From Eledone cirrhosa (lineage: Eukaryota), in NCBI GenBank assembly GCA_964016885.1, contig OZ024740.1, forward strand, positions 427,428,001 through 427,492,000: a stretch of 64,000 bases of DNA, given 5' to 3'. Positions 12,973 through 24,993 of the stretch are shown in pieces. The notes below the pieces were generated by a model that was not told the origin of the DNA, did no database searches, and was given only the letters and a program-made list of their open reading frames with translations. Every line of letters begins with the position of its first letter. Within the stretch, counting starts at the first letter, position 1. A program made the translations under genes and the position numbers.

Positions 12973-13890
12973 AGTATGTACACGTACATACATATATGTA
13001 TACAGACGTACAGTAGTATGTATATATATATACATACATGCCCACATATATATATATATGTACGTATGGATTCACCGAACATTTATTATAATGCTCGGTG
13101 TGTTAGTAAAAAACATCCGTATTAAGCCGTAGTGTCTAGCAACCATCGTTGCTCGTTTGTTCAACACTGACAAAGGAATGCTGTACTAGTTTCAAGCTTA
13201 TTAGCTATCGTCAGCAACGTATACCTTCCTGCCAGATTGTTGAACGTATGAAAGTATATACTTTCCTTATGCATATTAACGACTGAGTATCCCAATTTGC
13301 ATATCGAGTGAATTAGTCGGCCGGGTGCACCGAAAACGATAAACAGAAAAAATGAAACTAAATTTCATTTCCCACTCTTAGTACGGCTGTTACTTAAATA
13401 TAAGTATTTACACGTACATACATATATGTATGCAGACGTACAGTAGTATGTATATATATATACATGCACACATATATATATATATGTACGTATGGATTCA
13501 CCAAACATTTATTATTATGCTCGGTGTGTTTGTAAACAAACATCCCGTATTAAGCCGTAGTGTCTAGCAACCATCGTTGCTCGTTTGTTCAACACTGACA
13601 AAGGAACGCTGTACTAGTTTCAAGCTTATTTGTCAGTGTTGAATAAACGAGCAACGATGGTTGCTAGACACTACGGCTTAATACGGGATGTTTGTTTACA
13701 AACACACCGAGCATTATAATAAATGTTCGGTGAATCCATACGTACATATATATATATATGTGTGCATGTATGTATATATATATACATACTACTGTACGTC
13801 TGTATACATATATGTATGTACGTCTACATACTTATATTTAAGTAACAGCCGTACTAAGAGTGGGAAATGAAATTTCGTTTCATTTTTTCC

Positions 13891-13895
<5 letters not shown>
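12969..13895. mobile_element. ~430-bp HHR-containing tandem plus inverted repeat (retrozyme / Penelope pLTR-like)
   Basis: 12971-13400 is repeated from 13401 to 13630, followed by an inverted copy at 13631-13895. Flanked by (TA)n on both sides. Confidence 0.85.
13178..13220 (-). ncRNA. Minimal type I hammerhead ribozyme
   Basis: GUUG CUGACGA UAGCU-AAU-AAGCUU GAAA CUAG UA CAGC, with palindromic stem III and an extended stem I. Confidence 0.85.
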
Positions 13896-14392
<497 letters not shown>

Positions 14393-14449
14393 TTTCGTTT
14401 CTGAATTTGTTTAGCAAGATTCGTTATCTGAAAACGTGTCTTGAAGCCG

Positions 14450-14713
14450 ATATTGTTATGCTTTGGGAGGGTCATGTTGCCAATAAGAAACACACGCACC
14501 AGTTGCTTTTACTTCAATTTGAAGAGGTCACAGAATGTGTGACGAAAGAACTTTGATAATATATGAACAACCGTCCGGTTATGGAACCAACCAACCAACC
14601 GGAAATTTATAAATTCTTAAATTTATAAATTTAATTTATAATAAATTGGAGTGAAAACAACTGGTGCGTGTGTTTCTTATTGGCAACATGACCCTCCCAA
14701 AGCATAACAATAT
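14450..14713. repeat. ~70-bp inverted repeat between (TA)n tracts, with a decayed HHR-like motif
   Basis: 14450-14520 vs 14643-14713. TTGAAGA G GTCACA..TGTGAC GAAA lies at about 14519-14549. Confidence 0.75.
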
Positions 14714-15879
14714 ATATATATAGATAGATATATAGATATAGATATATGTATATAAATTATAAAAAAACAACTTTGTTCTTTAAAGAAACACAGCCTCTGC
14801 TATCTTCACTACCACCCGTCTATTAACAAGAACTCATTCTCCAGCCAAATGTTGAGAAAGAAAGATGGAAGAAAACTTACTCCAACATTTGATTTTAATT
14901 TTAAATCTTTAACTTTCAGTTTTTAACTCCTATTAATTATTTTTAATTTTTATTTCGGTACTAAACATTTGATAAGATGAATTTTAATAGTACATCGAAA
15001 CCGGTAATACTTTATGTACTTTATATACTTTATATACATTATAAAACGTTTTTTAAAAAAGAATTGTCCCTCTCATTTTTTCAATAATGTTATCTTTTCG
15101 ATAATTGTTTCTTTGTTATCTTTTCAATAATGTCACTTTCACGAATCAAAGGAAGGATAAAAAAAGAAAAACAGTCCCTTAAATAATATATTTTCCGTGC
15201 TATTTCAAACTTCACCTTTTCTTTATATCCACTGTTTTGTATAGAACCTTACATCCCTTTGCTAATATATATATATATATTTATATTTTTTCCTTAGCTG
15301 CGATTGTCTGTTTCTTTCATACTACTTCCCCTCTCTCTGTATCTCTCACCTTCTTTTTACCCCCTCTGCCAGTCACACTCTCTCTCAGCTGGCCTCTTCC
15401 TCACACTTCAACTCAATCACTCTCTACTTCTCCCCTCTCTCACTTCCTCCCGTTTGATCTGTGTGAAATCCTTTTCTCGCTCACATCTCACCCATGTCGG
15501 ATGGTCTGTATCTCTCGTCCATGAATTCACCAAGCTTAAGCTTATAGATATCATGTATTTGTCTCTTCCTATCTTTCCGTTGCCATACCATCGTTGTTTG
15601 TTTACATGTCTCGCTCGCTTCACGCTATTTTAGTTGTCCCAATAACTTTATTTATTTATTGCTCGCACCAGCCATAGGTATATGATTTTTAAAGCGATGA
15701 AATACCAATGAAGGTTGGAAGATCACTGATGAAGGACTAATTTTATTCATACATATATATATAAATATATAACCATACATAGGGACATACACTCAGATAT
15801 CTCAGAACACCGTTTCCTCCCTCTCTTCCACACAGTTTCAGCACCACCACTGCCATTCACTATCGTTTCACACGTCTTA

Positions 15880-16432
15880 ACATGTATGTGTCTGTTGATT
15901 GTATGTGTCCGTTTCTTTACACGTATCTGTGCGTTTACATATCTGTGTGTATATGTGTGTATGTGTATGATGACTATCTATGTGTATGTATATATGTGTA
16001 TGTCTGTGTACGTATGATGTATTTGTATGTGTGTGTATATATGTGTATGTCTGTGTGTATATATATGTGTATGTCTATGTATATATGTGTATGATGTCTA
16101 TGTGTGTGTATATATGTCTATATATGTGGATATATGTGTATGTATATATGTGTATATATGTGTATGTATATATGTGTATGTATATATGTGTATGTATATA
16201 TATGTATGTCTGTGTTTGTATATATGTGTATGTATATATGTGTATGATGTCTATGTGTGTGTATGTATATATGTCTATATATCTGTATGTATATACATCT
16301 CTGTATGTGTATGTATATATGTGTATGTATGTGTATGTATGTGTATGTATATATGTGTATGTCTGTGTGTATGATGTCTATATATGTGTATGTATGTATG
16401 TGTATGTATATATGTGTATGTATATGTGTGTA
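15880..16432. repeat. Degenerate (TATG/TGTA)n microsatellite
   Basis: Directly visible. Confidence 0.9.
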
Positions 16433-17380
16433 AAGTTAAAAGAGTTATAACCGGAGATGTGTATACACCTAGAAACACACATTACATATTGCTATAGCTG
16501 ATTACTATTGTTATTAATTCAACATCATCATCGTTATTGTTATCGTTATTATCAATGTTATCATCATCATCATCGTCATCATCATCATTAACAACATCAT
16601 TATCATCATTATCATCATCATCGTCATCATTATCATCACCATCGCCATCATCATTGAAAGAAATCGTTAAAAATAAATGAATTACATTGTTTTCAAACGC
16701 TTTTTTAGTTATGTTGATGTTAGTTAGACTAAAGGAAAAAAAATTATCAATTATCGATTTCCTGATGTACTCCAGGGAGAAGTGGAAATGTATTTGTCTG
16801 TCTGTACAACCCAACACAAAAACGATATATATATATATATATATATTTTTTTTTTTTGTATATTCTATAACAGAATGTTTAATTAGCGATATATCGACAC
16901 CTAAATCAATGTGTGAACCATAGTAAGACGGTTAATTGCCAACACATGGCCGGTTGGCGAAAATCAATAATCTGTCCCTTTAAGAACTATCGTTTGCTTT
17001 GCTTATATAGATTCTACCAATTGTCTTTCTCGTTTTCCAGAGTTTTCTCTTGTTGCTAAAAAAAATATCTTTTGTCTTATTGTCTTGGTAGGATATATTA
17101 ATCAACTCATACAAAACCAATCGGCTTCGAATAATGTCATCGATATATAACCAGTTCAGAATTCGATAATATATCATGTTTTACAGATAAAGGAACATGG
17201 CTTGTAGAAATATTCTGTGAGGACATTGAAATGTTACATCCATTAATCGGCCATCGGTTTAATCAATGACTATTCTTATTGATCTCTGTCCATAAACTTG
17301 AATGGCAACTCTGCTGGACCAATAGGATTTCACCAATCTTAATAACAAACCAACCAGCGACCAGCTTACATATGACATTA

Positions 17381-18370
17381 TGATGGTGGTGGGGGGTGGG
17401 GGGTGGGGGTTGTAGTGGTGGTAGTGTTGTTGGTAGTGGTGGTGGTAGTGGTGGTGGTGGTAGTGGTGGTGGTGGTACTGGTGGTACTGGTGGTGTTGTT
17501 GTTGTTGGTGGTGGTGGTGGTGGTGGTGGTGGTGGTAGTGGTGGTGGTGGTGGTGGTGCTGGTGCTGGTGGTGGTGGTGGTGGTGGTGGTGATGGTGTTG
17601 GTGGTGTTGGTGGTGGTAGTGGTGGTGGTGGTGGTGATGGTGGTGGTGGTGGTGGTACTGGTGGTGGTGGTGGTGGTGGTGGTGGTGGTGGTGGTGGTGG
17701 TAGTGGTGGTGGTGGTGGTGGTGGTGGTGGTGGTGGTGGTGGTGGTGGTGGTGGTGGTGGTGATGGTGGTGGTGGTGGTGGTAGTGTTGGTGGTAGAGGT
17801 GGTGGTGGTGGTGGTGGTGGTTGTGGTGGTGGTGGTAGTGGTGGTGTTGGTGGTAGTGGTGGTGGTGGTGGTGGCGGTGGTGGTGGTGGTGGTGGTGGTA
17901 GTGGTGGTGGTGGTGGTGGTGTTGGTGGTAGTGGTGGTGATGGTGTTGGTTGTGGTGGTGGTGGTGGTGGTGGTGGTGGTTGTGGTGGTGGTGGTGGTTG
18001 TGGTGGTGGTGGTAGTGGTGGTGGTGGTGGTGGTGGTAGTGGTGGTGGTGGTGGTGGTGGTGGTGTTGGTGGTAGTGGTGGTGGTGGTGGTGGTGGTGGC
18101 GGTGGTGGTGATGATGGTGGTGGTGGTGGTGGTGGTCGGTGGTAGTGGTGGTGTTGGTGGTAGTGGTGGTGGTGGTAGTGGTGGTGGTGGTGGTGGTGGT
18201 GGTCGGTGGTAGTGGTGGTGTTGGTGGTAGTGGTGGTGGTGGTGGTGGTGGTGGTGGTGGTGGTGGTGTTGGTGGTAGTGGTGGTGGTAGTGTTGGTACT
18301 GGTGGTAGTGGTGGTGGTGGTGGTGGTAGTGTTGGTACTGGTGGTAGTGGTGGTGGTGGTGGTGGTGATG
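17381..18370. repeat. (GGT)n microsatellite, ~1 kb
   Basis: Imperfect GGT run that produces the poly-Gly and poly-Val ORFs. Confidence 0.95.
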
Positions 18371-18597
18371 ATGAGGAGGAGTATGAAATTGATGAAAAGG
18401 AGGCAGAAGAAGAGGAGGAAGAAGGTGAGGAGAAAGAGGAATAGGAGGAGGAACGTGAAGTGGATGAGGAAGTGGAAGGGGAGAGGGGAAGAGAAGGAGG
18501 AATAGGAGGAGTAAGAGGAAGGGGAAGGTGTTGTCTACGACGATGATGGGAGTCGTAGTGAGGATTATGATGATAAGGGTGATGATACGTTGATGAT

Positions 18598-18795
18598 AAT
18601 TGTTTCTACTTTAGGCACAAGGCCAGCAATTACTCAGTGTATTACTGGTACTTTGTTTTATCGACCCCGGAAGGATGAAAGGCAAAGTTAACCTCGACGG
18701 GATTTGAACTCAGATCGTAAAGGGACGTAACTATGCTTGTAACTATGGAAAGCATGGTATCCGACCCTCTACCGATACTGCCAATTCACCGACCT
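18598..18795 (-). mobile_element. tRNA-derived SINE, family A
   Basis: Reverse copy of GAGTTCAAATCCCG..GAGGTTAACTTTGCCTTTCATCCTT..GGGGTCGATAAAA..GTACCAG..GGCCTTGTGCC. Confidence 0.85.
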
Positions 18796-19321
18796 GATAC
18801 GTTGATGATAATGCTGTTGATGTGTTGCTGCTGCTGATGTGCTGCTGCTGAAGCGTGGTGCTGCTGATGTGCTGCTGTTGATGTGTTGCAGCTGATAATG
18901 ATGATGATGATGTTGATGTTGAGGAAGATATGATGTTTGTGAAGCCTCTGATGATAATGTAACTAATCTATATCACCATGGCCTCCACCAACTCTATCAG
19001 CCCTCATTTAAATTGAATACCCTTGAAACTATCCAAATATATATGAAACTGTTCGTATCTGTGCAAATACACATCTAAACTCGCATATTTGGCGAGATGT
19101 CGAAAACTGGACGAGCCCTAAGCTAATCGATATCGAAACAATTGTAATATACAAATAAAGTCTCTACATATGCTACAACACTTACCTCGATTCCTTAAAT
19201 CTATTTAGTCTCTGTACACTACAGCCGTAACTCTGGAATATAACCCAAAAGAAACAGACCTTTTAACGGTATTGAGTACTTCGAACGGCACGCCGCCTGT
19301 AACTGTTGTTACACACATAAC

Positions 19322-19356
<35 letters not shown>

Positions 19357-19371
19357 AACATCTAGAGCTAT

Positions 19372-19490
19372 ATATGAAAAGATTCAGGACTCCGACAGCT
19401 GAGCTCTGGTCGTTTCGACAGCTAAATCTGAATTGAGTTTGAACTCAGCCATTGGGGTCCTGAATCTTTTCATATTGCCCACTCTACTAC
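19372..19490. repeat. Imperfect inverted repeat, same family as the 4316-4505 insert
   Basis: ATATGAAAAGATTCAGGAC../..GTCCTGAATCTTTTCATAT. Shares GTAGTAGAGTGGG.AATA.GAA and GACCCC..GGC.GAG.TC with 4378-4430. Confidence 0.7.
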
Positions 19491-20544
19491 TCCAATTTGG
19501 TTACACCTTCATTACGTAATGAAGGAGTAACCACCCGTCCTTATATACATATATATATATATTTGTGTGTGTGTGTTTGTGTGTGTTTGTGTGTGAGTGT
19601 GTGTGTGAGTGTGTGTGTGTGTGCGTCTCTCTCTCTCTCTCTGTGCTTATGTGTATGCTAATATTTGTGTACGCGCATCTGTATATGCAAACTTGTTGAA
19701 ACCCAAATTAAATGTCAACACGGCAGAATGTGTAGACATAGAAAGCACTAAAGCTACAGAAAAGTTGCTAGGTCAAATCTAATGCGAATTTCGCATTCGT
19801 TCATTTAATTTTCCGAGCGATGGAGAATATGATTTACTAAGGATATAGCTATGTATACTATAAAGTAACTAATACTATTTAGAGTAGCAGCTGTGTTGAC
19901 TGGAGAGAGTTAAGTCGTTAAGCTACGGGAAACGTACGGTGATAGTGCTTAGAGGTAGCTGTGGTCTGGGAAGGATTAAAGGTAGCTCTTCCATTTATTC
20001 ATTTATTCATTTATATATATCAAAACTCTGCAAATCTTGAGTGGTTGTTTAGTGTATGTATTGTATGTTCTTTCAGACGAATAATCCGAAGAAACTAATA
20101 TGACATAAGTAAAATATAGAGATAGTAAATTACACACACACAGACACACACATACACACATACACACAGACACACAGATGCACACAGACACTCTGTTGAA
20201 ACAGACGCTCCACGCACACACAAACACATTCACATACCAGAAACACAAACCAATGTACTCATATATATATATATATATATATACATACATATATATATAT
20301 ATATATATATGTATGTGTATATATATATATGCGTGCGTGTGTGCGTGTGCGTGTGTGCATAAATAAATTCCCAGATCTGATCGGGGAATTCTGAGAATAT
20401 TACACCAAACATTATAGTAACTTACTCGTGAAATTAGCCAAAAATAACTGGATGTATGGATTACTTACCCTTCTATTGGAATAAGAGAAGTGATCTTTCT
20501 CACTCTATTCCTCTTTATCAACGATGGATTTATTCAGAAGAAGC

Positions 20545-21179
20545 AGTGTGAACTCTCATGGCCTGGGTGTTATGTAGAAAGCAGAACCACGTTCTCAACG
20601 TATTCAGCTCAATAGATATAAATGTAGTAGCCATCAGCGGAACCAGAATATTTCAAGGCACTAGTTGTACACATCTCCAAGTCATGCGAGATTAGTAGGT
20701 GGTATCCCTTGGGCTAATTTGGAAAGGGTTGTATCTCGCGAAACGAGCCATATATTGAATTAGCTAACGCTAAGTGAACGTTGACAGAGGCAAAACAACA
20801 AATGGTGGTTCAATCTGATAAATTTGATTATAGTATAATCGATAAAGTTTATTAAGAGTATAGTGATAGAGTAAACTAGATTAGAGGGACAGCTAGTTAT
20901 TTTAGGAAAGGACACTGAGACGTTTGTGAAGATATATTCCTTCTACCTGTTCTTCGATTACTAGTACGATGACTGTGTTGTCAAAGTCAAGGCATGCGTT
21001 CTAAGACACGAAAGGATCAAAAGCCGTTCTAAAGAAGTTAGTTGCAGAGGCGCAGCGAGGCAACAGAGGCACAATTACATCTTTGGCAGACCATTAAGGA
21101 CGTGTACGTATGGAGCAAACCGTATAGTTTAAATAGCCTGATCTGCGTGCCTAACTCTTATAAGCCAAGCTTGTTCAGA

Positions 21180-21180
<1 letters not shown>
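20545..21180 (+). mobile_element. Old, highly decayed Tx1 ORF2 5' remnant
   Basis: SVNSHGLG..KQNHVLN...INVVAISGTRI and CVVKVKACVLRHE..VAEAQRGNRGTI align with the APE and linker regions of the 52561-55671 copy. Confidence 0.6.
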
Positions 21181-21244
<64 letters not shown>

Positions 21245-21401
21245 TGGAATAAATGCTCTGAAATAGCGATATATATGTGAATATAGACATAGAATATTCG
21301 AAAATATTCTGTATGTTTATAATAAACATTTTGAAGACCTAATCGCTATAGAATAGAATACGTCACGTATTACAATTAGATTCTCGATAAAAGCAAGGGA
21401 A

Positions 21402-21444
21402 GTAATCTACGCGTTTCATTCTTGTTAGAAATCATCAGGACTAC
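21402..21444 (-). ncRNA. Type I hammerhead ribozyme (array copy L1)
   Basis: GUAGUC CUGAUGA UUUCU-AACA-AGAAU GAAA CGCG UA GAUUAC. Confidence 0.9.
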
Positions 21445-21711
21445 ATATCCAGTGCTTTTATCGAGAATGACACAGCTAGAGACTTATAGAATACTTAGCT
21501 GTGTACGGGAACTGGTTTGAAAGAGCGGTTGCCGGTCCGGCAGAAATTAGAAATTGGAATAAATGCTCTGAAATAGCGATATATATGTGAATATAGACAT
21601 AGAATATTCGAAAATATTCTGTATGTTTATAATAAACATTTTGAAGACCTAATCGCTATAGAATAGAATACGTCACGTATTACAATTAGATTCTCGATAA
21701 AAGCAAGGGAA

Positions 21712-21754
21712 GTAATCTACGCGTTTCATTCTTGTTAGAAATCATCAGGACTAC
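21712..21754 (-). ncRNA. Type I hammerhead ribozyme (array copy L2)
   Basis: Identical to L1. Confidence 0.9.
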
Positions 21755-22021
21755 ATATCCAGTGCTTTTATCGAGAATGACACAGCTAGAGACTTATAGA
21801 ATACTTAGCTGTGTACGGGAACTGGTTTGAAAGAGCAGTTGCCGGTCCGGCAGAAATTAGAAATTGGAATAAATGCTCTGAAATAGCGATATATATGTGA
21901 ATATAGACATAGAATATTCGAAAATATTCTGTATGTTTATAATAAACATTTTGAAGACCTAATCGCTATAGAATAGAATACGTCACGTATTACAATTAGA
22001 TTCTCGATAAAAGCAAGGGAA

Positions 22022-22064
22022 GTAATCTACGCGTTTCATTCTTGTTAGAAATCATCAGGACTAC
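22022..22064 (-). ncRNA. Type I hammerhead ribozyme (array copy L3)
   Basis: Identical to L1. Confidence 0.9.
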
Positions 22065-22331
22065 ATATCCAGTGCTTTTATCGAGAATGACACAGCTAGA
22101 GACTTATAGAATACTTAGCTGTGTACGGGAACTGGTTTGAAAGAGCGGTTGCCGGTCCGGCAGAAATTAGAAATTGGAATAAATGCTCTGAAATAGCGAT
22201 ATATATGTGAATATAGACATAGAATATTCGAAAATATTCTGTATGTTTATAATAAACATTTTGAAGACCTAATCGCTATAGAATAGAATACGTCACGTAT
22301 TACAATTAGATTCTCGATAAAAGCAAGGGAA

Positions 22332-22374
22332 GTAATCTACGCGTTTCATTCTTGTTAGAAATCATCAGGACTAC
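22332..22374 (-). ncRNA. Type I hammerhead ribozyme (array copy L4)
   Basis: Identical to L1. Confidence 0.9.
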
Positions 22375-22641
22375 ATATCCAGTGCTTTTATCGAGAATGA
22401 CACAGCTAGAGACTTATAGAATACTTAGCTGTGTACGGGAACTGGTTTGAAAGAGCGGTTGCCGGTCCGGCAGAAATTAGAAATTGGAATAAATGCTCTG
22501 AAATAGCGATATATATGTGAATATAGACATAGAATATTCGAAAATATTCTGTATGTTTATAATAAACATTTTGAAGACCTAATCGCTATAGAATAGAATA
22601 CGTCACGTATTACAATTAGATTCTCGATAAAAGCAAGGGAA

Positions 22642-22684
22642 GTAATCTACGCGTTTCATTCTTGTTAGAAATCATCAGGACTAC
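22642..22684 (-). ncRNA. Type I hammerhead ribozyme (array copy L5)
   Basis: Identical to L1. Confidence 0.9.
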
Positions 22685-22951
22685 ATATCCAGTGTTTTTA
22701 TCGAGAATGACACAGCTAGAGACTTATAGAATACTTAGCTGTGTACGGGAACTGGTTTGAAAGAGCGGTTGCCGGTCCGGCAGAAATTAGAAATTGGAAT
22801 AAATGCTCTGAAATAGCGATATATATGTGAATATAGACATAGAATATTCAAAAATATTCTGTATGTTTATAATAAACATTTTGAAGACCTAATCGCTATA
22901 GAATAGAATACGTCACGTATTACAATTAGATTCTCGATAAAAGCAAGGGAA

Positions 22952-22994
22952 GTAATCTACGCGTTTCATTCTTGTTAGAAATCATCAGGACTAC
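22952..22994 (-). ncRNA. Type I hammerhead ribozyme (array copy L6)
   Basis: Identical to L1. Confidence 0.9.
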
Positions 22995-23461
22995 ATATCC
23001 AGTGCTTTTATCGAGAATGACACAGCTAGAGACTTATAGAATACTTAGCTGTGTACGGGAACTGGTTTGAAAGAGCGGTTGCCGGTCCGGCAGAAATTAG
23101 AAATTGGAATAAATGCTCTGAAATAGCGATATATATGTGAATATAGACATAGAATATTCGAAAATATTGAACAAGAATGAAACGCGTAGATTACTTCCCT
23201 TGCTTTTATCGAGAATCTAATTGTAATACGTGACGTATTCTATTCTATAGCGATTAGGTCTTCAAAATGTTTATTATAAACATACAGAATATTTTCGAAT
23301 ATTCTATGTCTATATTCACATATATATCGCTATTTCAGAGCATTTATTCCAATTTCTAATTTCTGCCGGACCGGCAACCGCTCTTTCAAACCAGTTCCCG
23401 TACACAGCTAAGTATTCTATAAGTCTCTAGCTGTGTCATTCTCGATAAAAGCACTGGATAT

Positions 23462-23504
23462 GTAGTCCTGATGATTTCTAACAAGAATGAAACGCGTAGA
23501 TTAC
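23462..23504 (+). ncRNA. Type I hammerhead ribozyme (array copy R1)
   Basis: GTAGTC CTGATGA TTTCTAACAAGAAT GAAA CGCG TA GATTAC; predicted cleavage after 23498. Confidence 0.9.
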
Positions 23505-23771
23505 TTCCCTTGCTTTTATCGAGAATCTAATTGTAATACGTGACGTATTCTATTCTATAGCGATTAGGTCTTCAAAATGTTTATTATAAACATACAGAAT
23601 ATTTTCGAATATTCTATGTCTATATTCACATATATATCGCTATTTCAGAGCATTTATTCCAATTTCTAATTTCTGCCGGACCGGCAACCGCTCTTTCAAA
23701 CCAGTTCCCGTACACAGCTAAGTATTCTATAAGTCTCTAGCTGTGTCATTCTCGATAAAAGCACTGGATAT

Positions 23772-23814
23772 GTAGTCCTGATGATTTCTAACAAGAATGA
23801 AACGCGTCGATTAC
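23772..23814 (+). ncRNA. Type I hammerhead ribozyme (array copy R2, GUC site)
   Basis: As R1, but C at 23808 gives a GUC triplet. Confidence 0.9.
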
Positions 23815-24081
23815 TTCCCTTGCTTTTATCGAGAATCTAATTGTAATACGTGACGTATTCTATTCTATAGCGATTAGGTCTTCAAAATGTTTATTATAAA
23901 CATACAGAATATTTTCGAATATTCTATGTCTATATTCACATATATATCGCTATTTCAGAGCATTTATTCCAATTTCTAATTTCTGCCGGACCGGCAACCG
24001 CTCTTTCAAACCAGTTCCCGTACACAGCTAAGTATTCTATAAGTCTCTAGCTGTGTCATTCTCGATAAAAGCACTGGATAT

Positions 24082-24124
24082 GTAGTCCTGATGATTTCTA
24101 ACAAGAATGAAACGCGTAGATTAC
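24082..24124 (+). ncRNA. Type I hammerhead ribozyme (array copy R3)
   Basis: Identical to R1. Confidence 0.9.
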
Positions 24125-24391
24125 TTCCCTTGCTTTTATCGAGAATCTAATTGTAATACGTGACGTATTCTATTCTATAGCGATTAGGTCTTCAAAATGT
24201 TTATTATAAACATACAGAATATTTTCGAATATTCTATGTCTATATTCACATATATATCGCTATTTCAGAGCATTTATTCCAATTTCTAATTTCTGCCGGA
24301 CCGGCAACCGCTCTTTCAAACCAGTTCCCGTACACAGCTAAGTATTCTATAAGTCTCTAGCTGTGTCATTCTCGATAAAAGCACTGGATAT

Positions 24392-24434
24392 GTAGTCCTG
24401 ATGATTTCTAACAAGAATGAAACGCGTAGATTAC
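24392..24434 (+). ncRNA. Type I hammerhead ribozyme (array copy R4)
   Basis: Identical to R1. Confidence 0.9.
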
Positions 24435-24836
24435 TTCCCTTGCTTTTATCGAGAATCTAATTGTAATACGTGACGTATTCTATTCTATAGCGATTAGGTC
24501 TTCAAAATGTTTATTATAAACATACAGAATATTTTCGAATATTCTATGTCTATATTCACATATATATATATATACGCACACACATATATATATACTGTTT
24601 ATTAATTTACTTTTTATTAATCGATGACAAGCGGATTCCATACGGAATTCGAAATTATGAGTACCTTAATTTGTTCATATGTTAATCTATCGCTACAATA
24701 ATTACACTGTCTCCATAGCTTAGGCTTCTGGCTGAGAAGGTTGTATTACAATTAATCCAGTGCGTGTGCTCCAAATCACCTTGACCAAATTGTAAACATC
24801 GAGATCGAATCGCAATCACCGCATATGACTCTAAAC

Positions 24837-24993
<157 letters not shown>

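Larger units (their letters stand above)
21241..24566. mobile_element. 310-bp tandem hammerhead array (retrozyme-like), head-to-head palindrome
   Basis: Units start at 21241, 21551, 21861, 22171, 22481, 22791 and 23101 (partial, to 23168). The inverted arm 23170-24566 has ~4.5 units. Only ~4 substitutions were seen, and (TA)n lies on both sides. Confidence 0.95.

Noticed and set aside
15724-15750. CTGATGA as a hammerhead
   Set aside because: No GAAA or stems follow. The same applies to TCATCAG at ~8603 and CTGATGA at ~58648.
16950-17340. Possible Penelope RT remnant (WLYIDDII, minus strand)
   Set aside because: Only one short motif, too decayed to call.
17396-18505. Glycine-rich / poly-Val ORFs with an acidic tail
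   Set aside because: Translation of (GGT)n and GAG-rich microsatellites: essentially a single codon, non-ATG starts and no signal peptide.
21241-24566. 310-bp array as CRISPR, 5S/snRNA cluster or DNA-transposon TIRs
   Set aside because: No spacers, no resemblance to 5S or U snRNAs, and no transposase or defined TSD. HHR content explains it better.
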